Assembly (NCBI RefSeq): GCF_004010195.1
Contig: NC_057720.1
Coordinates: forward strand, 18,199,087 to 18,263,086
Source: Chiloscyllium plagiosum
Lineage: Eukaryota
Direction of reading: 5' to 3'
DNA length: 64,000 nt
A model generated the notes under the pieces. It was given only the letters and a program-made list of their open reading frames with translations. It did not search any database and had not been told where the DNA came from. A program made the position numbers and the translations under genes. Every line of letters begins with the position of its first letter. Within the stretch, counting starts at the first letter, position 1. This document shows, piece after piece, positions 50,549-61,989 of this stretch.

Positions 50549-52485
50549 TTCTGGATGTAGGTTTGCTCGCTGAGGTGCAAGGTTCATTTTCAGACGTTTC
50601 GTCACCCTACTAGGTAACATCTTCAGTGAACATCTGAACGAAGCACTGCTGATGATTCCTGCTTTCTATGGGGTTCCTTGGGTTGGTGATGCCATTTCCT
50701 GATGTGATGCCATTTCCTGATGTGATGCCATTTCCGGTTCCTTTTCTCAGTGTTGGGAGTGTATAAATCAGGTCCAGGTCAATGTGTTCGTTGATAAGGT
50801 TAGAATGCCCTACTTCTAGGAATCCTCGTGGTGTCTCTGTTTGGCTTGTCCGAGGATGGATGTGTTGTCCCAGTTGAAGTGGTGTCCTTCCTCATCTGTA
50901 CATAAGAATACTCGTGAGACAGGGTCATGTCGTTTTGTGGCTAGTTGATGTTCATGTATCCTGGTGGCTAGTTTTCTGCCTGTTTGTCCAATGTAGTGTT
51001 TATTACTGTCCTTGTACGGTATTTTGTAAATGACTCAGTAGAAGACTCATGCCAATCCCATCCACTCCACCTAAGAATTCCTGAAAGCCAAAGACACTAA
51101 GATAGAAGAGGATGAAATAATGGTCTCCTTTGATTTAACAGCTCTGTTCACATCAATCAACATCACCTGGCCAAGGAAACACTGACTACACTATTAGAAG
51201 GCCCAAAGATACATACACCAAACACTATCAACTTCATCAGCAAGGACAGTATCGTCAAGCTAGTGGACCTATGCCTTACCACCCACTTCTTCAACAACAA
51301 AACCGACCGACAAACCAACGGAACACCCATGGGATCTCCGATATCAGGGTTCTTAGCAGAGACAGTAATGCAGAGACTCAAACAAATAGCTCATCCAACC
51401 CAAACTTTGGGTCCGCTACGTGGATGACATCTTTGTCATCACTAAACGAAACAAATTAGAGGAAACCTTCAAGACCATCAATAATGCCCTTGCTGGCGTA
51501 AAATTCACTAAAAAGAGGAAAACAACAAAATGCCATTCCTGGATATCACAGTAGAGCGAACAGCCAATGGGGAATTTCAAACCAGCGTCTACAGGAAAAC
51601 AACACAAATATTGAACAACGTCCACAAATGAAGCTGCATCAGAACATTATTCCAACGAGCCACCACACTCTGCAGCACAGAGGAACTACAAAGAGCAGAG
51701 GAAAATCACCTATACCGTGTACCCAATGAACACAGTCTGCAGATTTCTCAGTAACAAACCCAAACAAGCAGACAAAACACATCCAGAAATCCTAACCACT
51801 CTCCCCTACATCAAGGCATCTCGGAAATGACTGCCAGACTACTGAGACCCTTTAGCATCATGGTAGCCCACAAACCCACCAACACACGAAAACAGCAGCT
51901 AATGAACTTGAAGGACCCTAAACAAACAACAAGCAAAACTAATGTCATTTACAAAATACTGTGCAAGGACCAACAAACACTACATTGGACAAACTGACAG
52001 AAAACTAGCCACCAGGACACATGGACATCAACTAGCCACAAAACGACATGACCCTCTCTCTCACTAGTATCCTTACATACAATGAGGAAGGGCACCCCTT
52101 CGACTGGGACAACACATCCATCCTAGGACAAGCCAGAGACACGCACGAGAATTCCTAGAAGCATGGCATTCCAATCAGAACTCTATCAACAAACACATGG
52201 ACTTGGAACCAATTTACCGCCCCACCGAGAAAAAGAACAGGAAATGACATCACCGTAGGAAAGTAGTTACCCCAGGAAATGACATCGCCACAGGAAATGA
52301 CACAGACCCAAGGAAACCCAAACATATAAATAGAAAGCAGGAATCAGCAGTGTTTCATCCAGAGGCTCACTGAAAATGTTACCTAGTAGGGTGACGAAAC
52401 GTCTGAAAATGAACCTGCCAGCTCAGCGCGCAAATCTACATCCAGAATGTCAACCTGAGCTACAAATCTTCTCAAAACTCGCTAG
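50549..52485 (+). mobile_element. Penelope-like element (RT + GIY-YIG) with an inverted 5' copy of its 3' end
   Basis: RT remnants MVSFD, GTPMGSPISG and WVRYVDDIFVI; GIY-YIG remnant VIYKI...HYIGQT. 50549-51034 is the reverse complement of 51944-52447. Confidence 0.9.
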
Positions 52486-52559
52486 TATTCATTTCTTCAT
52501 ACCAGGCAGTGGGCAAAACCGATGAGTTCAAATTAAAGTAGTGAGAAGTAAATATCAGG

Positions 52560-53960
52560 GAGGAGTCCAGAGCGTGGTGCTGGAAAAGTACGGACGGTCA
52601 GGTAGCATCTGAGGAGCGGAGAATCAGCCACAAGCCCTTCATCAGGAATGAGGCTTGCGGGTCAGGGCTGAGAGAGAAATGAGAAGGGGTGGGGTTGCAG
52701 GTAGGTAGCTGAGATTGTGATAGGTAGGCGAAGGTGAGGGACACAGTGATAGATCAGAGGGAGCAGTGATGGATGGGTCTAGAGGATGGTGCTGACTTGG
52801 AGGCTTAAGACTGGGATAATATGGGGGGAAGAGGGGAAATCAAGTTGTTGAAATCCACATTTATCCCATGTGGTTGCAGGGTCCCTCGACGGATTATGAG
52901 GCGTTCCTCCTCCAGGCATTGGGTGCCAATGGTTTGGCGGTAGAGGCGGCCCAGGACCTGCATGACCTTGACAGAGTGGGAGGGGGAGTTGAAGTGTCCA
53001 GCCATAGGGTGGTGGGGCTGGTGGGTGCGGGTGTCCCAGAAATGTTCTCTGGGACAATCCGCAAGAAGGCGTCCTGTCTCCCCGATGTAGAGGAGACCAC
53101 ATCAGGTGCAATGGATGCAGTAGATGACATTGGTAGAGGTGCAGGTGAATTTCTGACAGATGTGGAAGGATCCCTTGGAATCTTGGATGGAGGTGATGGG
53201 AGTGGTGTGGGCGCAGGTTTTGCACTTCCTGTGGTGGCAGGGAAAGGTGCCAGGACTTGGGTGTGGGCTGGTGGGGGGTGTGGACTTCACAAGAGAGAAG
53301 TGGAGGGAATGGTCTTTATGGAATGCTGACAGGGGTGGGGAGGGAAATACATCTCTGCTGGTGGGGGTCCGTTTGGAGATGGTGGAAGTGGCGGAGGATG
53401 ATGCATTGTTTGCAGAGCTTAGTGGAATGGAAGGGGAGGACGGGGACGGGGGGGGGCCTGTCCTTGTTGCATTGGGAAGGGTGGGGTTCAAGTCCGGTGA
53501 TCAAGTAGATGCGATGGAGGGCCTTGTCAACCACGTGGGAAGGGTCATTTGTGGAAGGAGGCGGCCACCTGGGACTGAGGTGGAATTGGTCATCCTGGGA
53601 ACAGATGCAGCAGAGACGGAGGAATTGGGAATAAAGGATGGCATTTTTAGAGGAGGTGGGGTGGGTTGAGGTGTAGTCTAGGTAGCTGTGGGAGTTGGTT
53701 GGATTGTAGCATATATCTGTGGTTAGTCGGCCACCAGAGACTGTGATGGAGAGGTCCAGGAAGGGGAGGGAGGTTGCCGACTTGATTCAGGTGAACTCGA
53801 GGTCGGGGTGGAAGGTGTTGGTAAAGTTGATTAACTGTTCAACCTCCTCATGGAAGGGTACTGGTTGGGATGGCATGAGAGGAAGAAACGGAGGATTTAG
53901 AGATCTTCGTTGTGGCGGATCGATGTGTACAGGGACTGGATGTCCATGGTGAAGATGAGA
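52560..53960 (-). mobile_element. Penelope-like element (second family; RT remnant, Cys linker, GIY-YIG, terminal repeat)
   Basis: GTFPCHHRKCKTC...FTCTSTNVIYCIHC, HFNSPSHS...LEEERLIIRRGTLQPHGINVDF; terminal cctgatgaagggc...ctcagatgctacctgacc. Confidence 0.87.
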
Positions 53961-54120
53961 CGTTGGGGGCAGGGGAAATGAAAATCTTGGAATAGGTGAA
54001 GGGCATGGGTGGTGTAAACATCACAATGATAAGCAAAAATACATTAGCTTATCTTAATTTTCTCCATAAAACTATTTAACTTACAAAAACCTTGAATACA
54101 AGGAACAAAACTGAACTGAC

Positions 54121-54350
54121 CTGTTCTGTTCTTCTAGCTTAGCTAGGAGCTCCAAGTCATCAGGACTGAGCGTGGTTGGTGATCCTGGTGAAAGTGCTGG
54201 TGTAGACAGTGTTGTTGAAGAAGATGTAGTGTGCAGTGAAGCGGATGGGCTTGCCACCTGGCTAGCCATTTGACTGACAGTGTGAGACACTGTGCTCTTC
54301 ACCCATGAGAGAGTAGAACTCAATTTCTCTGCAACCTTGTCTGTCGCCAC
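54121..54350 (-). CDS. EVI5: EVI5 first visible exon (230 nt; N-terminal Ser/Thr-rich region)
   Basis: Encodes VATDKVAEKLSSTLSWVKSTVSHTVSQMASQVASPSASLHTTSSSTTLSTPALSPGSPTTLSPDDLELLAKLEEQN(R), recognised as the EVI5 N-terminus. Acceptor CAG at 54353-54351, donor GTCAGT from 54120, phase 2. The in-frame ATG of MASQVASP is at 54269. Confidence 0.96.
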
Positions 54351-54401
54351 CTGATGAGAAAAGCTTATGATTAGATTATACAGCATGCCATCAGCTAAGC
54401 G

Positions 54402-54475
54402 GACAAAATAGCTCAGCTGGGTTGAGCATTTGACTCAAGATCTGAAGGTCCCTTGTAAAATCCCAGGTTTCAACA
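54402..54475 (+). pseudogene. tRNA-Phe-derived pseudogene (anticodon position reads CAA instead of GAA)
   Basis: GACAAAATAGCTCAGCTGGGTTGAGCATTTGACTCAAGATCTGAAGGTCCCTTGTAAAATCCCAGGTTTCAACA aligns end to end with vertebrate tRNA-Phe(GAA). The T-loop/B box (GGTTCGA to TGTAAAA) and acceptor stem are disrupted. Confidence 0.85.
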
Positions 54476-54506
54476 CAATATGCACATCAACTCCCGTCGA
54501 GTGTTG

Positions 54507-54575
54507 AGGGCTTGCGGTGCAGTGGTAAAGCCCCTACCTCTGGGCCAGAAGACCTGGGTTTCAGTCCCACCTGTC
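54507..54575 (+). mobile_element. tRNA-derived SINE head
   Basis: gggcttgcggtgcagtggta...cctacctctgggccagaagacctgggtttcagtccc (A- and B-box-like). Confidence 0.55.
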
Positions 54576-54633
54576 ATAACATAATTGCCCAAGTTGATTC
54601 AAAATATCTGCTATCAGCTTAATTAGTAATAAA

Positions 54634-54800
54634 TTAGAATTCCTCCTGTGTGGAAACAGACCCTTCAGCCCAATAAGTCCACACCGACCCTCCAAACAGT
54701 AGCCAACCCAGACCCACTCCCCCACCCTATATTTACCCCTGACTTATAACCTACACTATGGGTAATTTAGCATGGCCAATTCACCGAACCTGCATATCTT
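54634..54800 (-). mobile_element. HE1-type SINE 3' fragment
   Basis: gtgtggaaacagacccttcagcccaataagtccacaccgaccctcc...aatttagcatggccaattcacc. Confidence 0.8.
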
Positions 54801-55639
54801 CTGAAGTAATTGAATTTGCAAACCAGTTATGTCAAGAAATAGACTTGCTTGATAAATGCTGCTTCCTGGCTTTGAATTGTACTAAATTTCGCAGTGATTC
54901 TTCTCCTGACATGAAAAATTTTACATTTATACATGGCAACCATTTCCATCCTAAATTCCCATGTCCGCATTTACAATAGAATCTGCCTCTGTAAAAGCTG
55001 CCAAAAATTAACAGGAATTTACTGCAATCTAACATATGACAATGTACATGGTCAATTAGACATTGGTCCAACTGACTTACCATTCCATCTCATGGTGTAT
55101 ATTTATGCACACCATCACGTTCTAGTGCATCAATTTAGTTACGGTGCAGTAAGTTTAAGGAGTCAGGAACCTAAAGCATGGCTCAGCTAACCAAAGCAAA
55201 TGCTCCAGTCGAAACAGATTTGCTGCAGGAAGCTCCCAACTCCTCAAAACATCGCCGAAGACACTAAACATCTCTATCAATTCAAAGGATTCTTGTCCAA
55301 GCAAAATGGAAAAGGCTCATCCAAGAAGGCACAAAAAACAGAGACTGTCAGGAAAATGCAGAGACAAAGTTTAAACTTTTTGGGATGAGCTCACAAACCC
55401 CCAAAAAATCAGATAAGAGTCAAAAACACGCAAATTTAACATAAATTTAAGTGAAGGAAACTTCAAAGAGACAAGAAATATATAGCCTTTATTGACCTGT
55501 CTGCAGCCTTTAACTGATTGACTATTCCATTCTTTTCCAATGCCTCTCTACCAATGTCCAGCTGGGTAGGGCTTCACATTTGGTACTTGTCTGCCCAGTT
55601 GTAACCAGGGCAATGGCTTCTCTTCCCACTTCTACACCA

Positions 55640-56010
55640 TTAAAAAAAACACTTAACACCAGGTTATAGTCCAAGAGGTTTATTTGGAAGTACCTGCTTT
55701 CAGACTGCTGCTCCTTTTTCAGGTAGCTCGTGGGGCAGGATCATCCTGACAGGATTTATCGCGCAACATTCGTGTCACGCAACTGATATGGTATATTGAA
55801 CAAACCTAGATTGCGGTTTGTTCAATATACTGTATCATTTGCATGACACAATGATCTTGTGCTATAAATTCTGTGACTTATAATCCTGCCCCACTAGCTA
55901 CCTGATGGAGGAGCAGCGGTCTGAAAGCCAGTATTTCCAAATACTGTAAACCTGGTGTTGTGTGATTTTTAACTTTGTACACCCTCATCCAACACTGGCA
56001 TCTCCACAAT
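55640..56010. repeat. About 330-bp imperfect palindrome made of two inverted Penelope-type terminal repeats
   Basis: Central perfect 16-bp stem 55791-55806/55815-55830 with an 8-nt loop. Arms extend to aacaccaggtt/aacctggtgtt. Confidence 0.85.
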
Positions 56011-57679
56011 ACTTCTACACCATCACCCTTTGCACACACTATGAGTCTACATCTTTAAACCCCTTGGTTTTAAAAACATTACAATGCCAGTTGCAACTTC
56101 ATGCAGATTTTCGATTCTTATTTCCTAATTATCACCCTCAAGAATGCTTCAGATACAAACTTGGCACAACAGAATTCCTCTAAAATATTAAATAGCTGGC
56201 ATTACAACAGAAAACCAATAAAAACAAACTGGTTGAAGCAGCAATTGCGATTTCCCCGCATTCATTTAAAGCACAGATTAAAAATAAGCCCTTTAGATTA
56301 AACAAGAGTATTTCACATACTGTGCAATATTAAATGTCATGAATTTCAACAATGCACCCAGTTCCTCTGAATCAAAACAATGTATGTGAGTATGAATGCT
56401 AACTAAACAGCCAACTATGTAGTCAGGAAACAGGTGTTGACAGGTTTGTCAGATTGTTGTGAGGAAGCAGCGCTCCAAAAGCTAGTACTTGCAAATAAAC
56501 CTATTGGACTATAACCTGATGTTGTGAGATTTTTAACTTTGTACACCCAGTCCAACACTGGCATCTCCAAATCTTGAGACAGGATGGCTGTGTCGAGTAA
56601 TGCTCTTGTTAAAGGAGGATATATATAGTTACATTCTTAGTGAATAGCTAGCATTGGTTCCAGACCATATAAAGCACAGAAGCGATTATTTAAGCAAGTG
56701 CAGTGAAACTCAGGTGCATCATAGCTCCAGGAAAAAGTATGACAGTTCCAGTTTAAAAATCAAATCCTGAAGTAACTTAAACTTACCAAGGTGTTACATG
56801 CAGGGATACTAATAGGGTATTATATGAATGGTGTTTTGGGAACAATACCAGGTGTGTTTTGGGACTATACAAATGCTGGTTTTGTTTCTTTACAAATTAC
56901 AAGGGAGAGTTTTGGGAAGAATAGAATTATATTTTTACTGAGTGTTCAAAATCTTTGAATTTGTATTATAATTAGATTGATTGGATTATTTTTAAATTAT
57001 CCACATCGCTTTTCTAATAAAATTTTAGTCTTACTAAAGTTTAAGAAAAATCAACAGCAATGCATGCTTATGTTTTAGTGAGGGACCACTTTGTTAATAT
57101 TAAAAATTGCAATCCATCAAACCAGGTTCTTGATAGGGATCAGTCTTATCTGAGAAGATCATCAGCTGGGACAACATTCTTACAACTTAATATCTAATCC
57201 TAGCTATGATATTTGCTAAGATTGTGAACGTCTTCAGGTTCTGTAACCCTCAACTTTAAATCTGCCATTACCATCCCCTCCCCTTAAACCAAAACAACTC
57301 TCAAGGACTCCAATGTTTGCAAACTGTTGCTCCTGAAGTGTTAAATGAGTCATCAACTCTTAAATGGTCTTTTTAAATCTTTTTTATTTCAGAATCTGGG
57401 CAAATCTGACATGGCCAGCATTTACAATGTATTCTGATTGTACTTGAGAAGATGTGGTGAGCCAGGTTCTCATAACAGCTACAGTCCATCTCCTGCAAGT
57501 CTTTCCACAGTGCAGTTAAATATGGAATTCCAGGATTATGACGCAGCAACAATGAAAGAAAATTTGAAATAGTTCCAGCCAGGATGGCATTTACTTAGAA
57601 GGGAACTTTCAGGAGGTGGTGCTTCCACATACCTGCTGCATTAAGCCAGGTTGTTAGAAATCACTGGTTTGTCAAGTGC

Positions 57680-57895
57680 CGTGGTAAATGTATGGAATGA
57701 GCTGCCAGAGGTGGTGGTGGAGGCTGGTACAATTGCAACGTTTAAGAGGCATTTGGATGGGTTTATGAATAGGAAGGGTTTCAGGGGTATGGGCAGGGTG
57801 CTGGCAGGTGGGACTAGATTGGGTTGGGATATCTGGTCGGCACGGATGGGTTGGACTGAAGGATCTGTTTACATGTTGTACATCTCTATGACTCT
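57680..57895 (+). mobile_element. CR1/HER1 3' end
   Basis: VWNELPEVVVEAGTIATFKRHLDG with a ctctatgactct tail. Confidence 0.9.
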
Positions 57896-57994
57896 AAGCT
57901 TTAGTGAGTGGCACCAGTATATCTTGCATGTAAAATCGTATAAATTAGGAATAAAAGTAGACTATTTGCCAATTCAAGCTTACTCCACTATTCA

Positions 57995-59570
57995 CTAATA
58001 TTATGGCTGATCTACTTGTTTTGAATTGCACATTCCCATCTACCAAATCCCAGTAACCTTTGATTCCCTTGACTAACAAAAATCTCCTTACCCTCCGTCT
58101 TAAAATTATTCAATGATCCTGTCTCTACCATGTCCTGAAGCATGGTTCCAAAGTCGCACAGGCCTCAAAGAAAATTATTTTCATCTCTGCCCTAAAAGGG
58201 AAACCCCAATTTTAAAATACACCACTCTAATCTGGACTGATCAAGAGGAAATATTCTGTCCACCTCCAACTTGTCAAAATCATTCAGGATTTTATATACT
58301 TCAATCAAATCAATCTTCTTCAAAACTCCAGGGGAATCAACCTCAATCTGTCCAACCTTTACTCTTAAGGTAACCTACTTATTCCAGGTATCAATATAGT
58401 AAACTCAGCAGGTATGACTCTTCATTGGAATGAAGAATTCATACCACACTAGAAACATTAGCTCTGTTTCCCGCAGATGCTGCAGATCCTGCTCCTCGGA
58501 TGCTGCCTGGCTTGTTGTGCTTTTCCAGCGCCACGCTTTTAGACTCAATCATTCAGGACAATTAATAGTGGTGTTCAAAAAACCACAAAAACAGTATTTG
58601 TTGGATATAATTGCGAGAGATTGTAGCACTGAGTGATAACTCCAGGAGCAGAATTGGCTTGATGACATTGGTTGTTGGTAAACACCTGAGGTTATGCTGT
58701 CAGTGAGTGCTTGAGTGCAGTTTCTGCACTTCATCGATTGTATTGCAGACTATATAGATGGTAAAGTTTATTTTTCTTTTCAAAACCAAGAAAATGTGGC
58801 TTGTCTTAGTAAGTTTTCTGGATCATATACTTTACGGAATTTTTATTAAGAAAGTTATTCACAGGCACTATGGCTCAGTAGTTAGCACTGCTGTCTCGCA
58901 GCACCAGGATCCCAGGTTAGATTCCAGTCTTGGGCGACTGTCTGTGTGGAGTTTGCACATTCTCCCAGTGTCTGTGTGGGTTGCCCCCAGGTGCTCCGGT
59001 TTCCCCCTACAGTTGCAAAGATGCGCAGGTCAGGTGAACTGGCCATGCTAAATCACCCACAGTGTTAGGTGCATTAGAGGGGAAATAGGTTACTCTTCGG
59101 GTAGAGGGTTGAACACTTAGAGGGTGGGTTACTCTTCGGAGGGTTGAACCGAATGGCCTGTTTCCACACTGTAGGGAATCTAATCTAATCTGTTGTGTTG
59201 GTTTCAGATTTCCAGCAACTGCGGTATTTTGCCTTTAATCTCGTGACGTCTTCTATACCATCTCCAATGTACTTACATCCTTATTAAAGTAAGGAGACCA
59301 AAACTGTACACCGCATCACCATATGGTCTCACCATGCCCTCCATTACTGAAGCATAAGATCCTTACATCTATGTTCAATTTTCTCAGAATAAAGGATGGC
59401 ATTCCACTAATCTTCCTAATTATTTGCTGCCCTCGAATGCCAATTTTTTGTGATTGACACACTAGAACACTTAGAATTCTCTGCATCTTGGAATTCTGTA
59501 GTTTTCCACTTAAAAAATGCTCTGCTTTTTGACTCTTCCTGCAAAAAAGAACTTCTCATTTCCTACTCTA
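57995..59570 (-). mobile_element. Old CR1 broken by later insertions (pieces at about 57995-58410 and 59230-59570)
   Basis: ccttgattcccttgactaacaaaaatct, aaggagaccaaaactgtacac and ctagaacacttagaattctctg are antisense CR1 motifs. Confidence 0.6.
58862..59191 (+). mobile_element. HE1-type SINE
   Basis: ggcactatggctcagtagttagcactgctgtctc head, V domain and (aatct)n tail. Confidence 0.88.
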
Positions 59571-59629
59571 GACTCCATCAACCAGACACAATTGCCCGAC
59601 ACAATTAACTATACCCATATATAGTAGAT

Positions 59630-60835
59630 GCTTCTGCCACTGTCCACAATGATGGAGAGAGTAAATGTTTAAGGTGGTGGATGGGGTGGTGATTGAGTGG
59701 ATAGCTTTATCCTTGACAGTGCTGTCCTTTTTTAGTACTGTTTGAGGCAAGTGGAAAGTGATTTGTTTCTGATTTGTGTCTTGTAGAGAAAGACAAGCAA
59801 TGGGGTGACAAGACTGGTTTCCCAACCTCTGACTTGCTCTTGCACTTGCGTGCCTGGTCCTGTCAAGTGCCTGGTTAATGATAACCTCCCAGCAAAGCCA
59901 CTGAATGTCAAAGGGAGATGATCAGATTCTCTCTTATTAGAGATGTCACTGCCTGGAATTTGTGTGGCATGAATGCAAACTCCCACTATCAGCCCAAGCC
60001 CAAATGCTGTCCAAGTATTTCTTCAAGTGGCGTTGGACTGCTTCAGAATCAGGTGTTGCAAATATACCAAACATTGGGATCATGTGCAAACATCTCTACT
60101 TCTTAACTTAGGATTCAGGGAAGTTAATAAATTAAGCTGTAGAGGATAGCTTGGACTTGGACTGAGATAATGAGGACAAGCCTTCAGCAGCCATTAATGA
60201 CTTTTTGCAAGGTTATGACTCCAACTAGCGGAGAGTTTGTCCAATTCCCACTGACAATTTTATCTGGGATCGTTGACACCAAACAGCCAAATCCTACCTT
60301 GATGTTCTTCATTTCAGCTCTTCTTTTATTTTTGGATCAAAGTTGTGATGAGGTGAGAAGCTGACAGGAACCAAATCTTTTTAATTTCTATTTGACTGCA
60401 CTGTCAAACACATTCCATCACTGTGGTGATGATCGAAGGAAGTCATATTGCATTCGTCCTGTTTTTGTGGACAGGACATACTTAGACAATTTTTTACATT
60501 GTCAACATTCGCCACTGTTGTAAGTTACACTGGAATATCTTAGCTCGGGATACAGTTAGAATGCACTCTAGAACACAACTCTTCAGTATAATTGCTGAAT
60601 ACTACCAAAGCCTTGAGCCGTTGCAGTATCCAGCATACTTGGCCATTTCTTGATATTATGTGGAGTAAATCAAAGCAGATAATATGCTAGGGACCTCTGG
60701 AAGAAGGCAGAGGTGAGTCACGTACTCGGCAATTCTGGCTGAAGACAACAATTGCTTCAGCCTTTCTGTTGCACCGATTTCTTGGTATCTTATTACTCAA
60801 GATGGGGATATTTGAAACGTCAGTTGCTATAGTTA
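59630..60835 (-). mobile_element. Old CR1/L2-group LINE (same type as 3965-5040)
   Basis: Shares motifs with 4370-5030 (gaatgtcaagggg, cccactatcagccc, ttttgtggacaggacatac). Confidence 0.65.
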
Positions 60836-60964
60836 GTTGTTTAATTATCCACCACTATTTACTACTGCACGCCTCAGGGCTACAGAGCATTGAACTTGCA
60901 GGAATCAGTCAGTCAGTCAGTCAGGTTTTTGCTCCTGCAACAGTGACAAAAGTTAAAATGACAA

Positions 60965-61960
60965 CTTTGATGATTATGTTAATGGTAACTTCTATTCCTC
61001 CTCCCTTTTGATCTGATGGTTGCTTTTAGCACAGTTGACCACACCATCCTTCTCCATTGTTTTCCTGTGGGGGGGGGGGGGGGGGAGAGAGGAGAGAGAC
61101 AGCACTTGCAATCGCTTCTCTTCCCACTCCCCACCATGTTACTTCTGGTGACTGCAAAGGATTTATCCCTATACCATACCTATTTCTGCTCCATGGGAAC
61201 ACCATCTGAAAACAGCATCAGGTTCCACAAGTAGGCTGACGGCACAAAGCTCGACCTCACCACAAAATTGTCAGACTACTTGTTCAACATGCAGTACTGA
61301 GCAGTAATTTGATCCAACTAAATATGGAGAAAGACAAAGAATATTGTGTTCAGTGTCTGTCCCAAATACATTCAGCTAATAACTTCATCCCTCTTCCCAA
61401 CCACTGAGACTGAAACAGCCTGCAGCCTCTGATATCACATTCAACCCCACAATTAACTCTCAGCCACATGACCACAGTAAGAGAACACTCATCTCTTAAC
61501 ACCACTCACTGCTCAACCTCTGCAGAAAACCTCACTATTCATGCTTCTGTTAGATCTCATCTAAAGCTATTCCAACATGGTTTTGAATAATCTCTCGGGT
61601 TTTTGCTTTTGAAATCATCCAAAACTCATGTCTTAACTGGCATCATTTACCTGTTTCCCCATGCTCGATGACTAACTATGATTCTCAATCCAGTAATGCT
61701 GGTTTTAGAACGCCTGTTTCCAAAAACTCGTTTGATCTTGCCCTACTTTATCATCATAATCTCATCCAGTATCACAACTCTCCAACATATCTGCATTCCT
61801 TTCATTCTTGAGCACTCCATCATTCATTGGTGTGTTTTTAGATGTTAAGGCTATAAGTTCTGAATTCTCTCCCTATATCTCTCAGCCGTGTGATGTCTTT
61901 ATCCTTTAAGACACTTCTGAAAGCCTACCTCTTTGAACAAGCTTTTGGCTTTCGGACTTA
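60965..61960 (+). mobile_element. Decayed L2 LINE
   Basis: DL..AFSTVDHTILL motif, fhk*ADGTKL remnant and the L2 3' end tcctttaagacacttctgaaagcctacctcttt. Confidence 0.7.
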
Positions 61961-61989
61961 ATATCTCATTAGGCAAAGTCAAATTTTCT

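Noticed and set aside
52779..53669. Cluster of overlapping 70-170 aa ORFs on both strands
   Set aside because: GC-rich frameshifted Penelope-like element; only one frame per segment resembles GIY-YIG/RT.
54402..54475. Functional tRNA-Leu(CAA) or recoding tRNA
   Set aside because: The body is tRNA-Phe-like with a destroyed T-loop/B box and mismatched stems, and it has no long variable arm.
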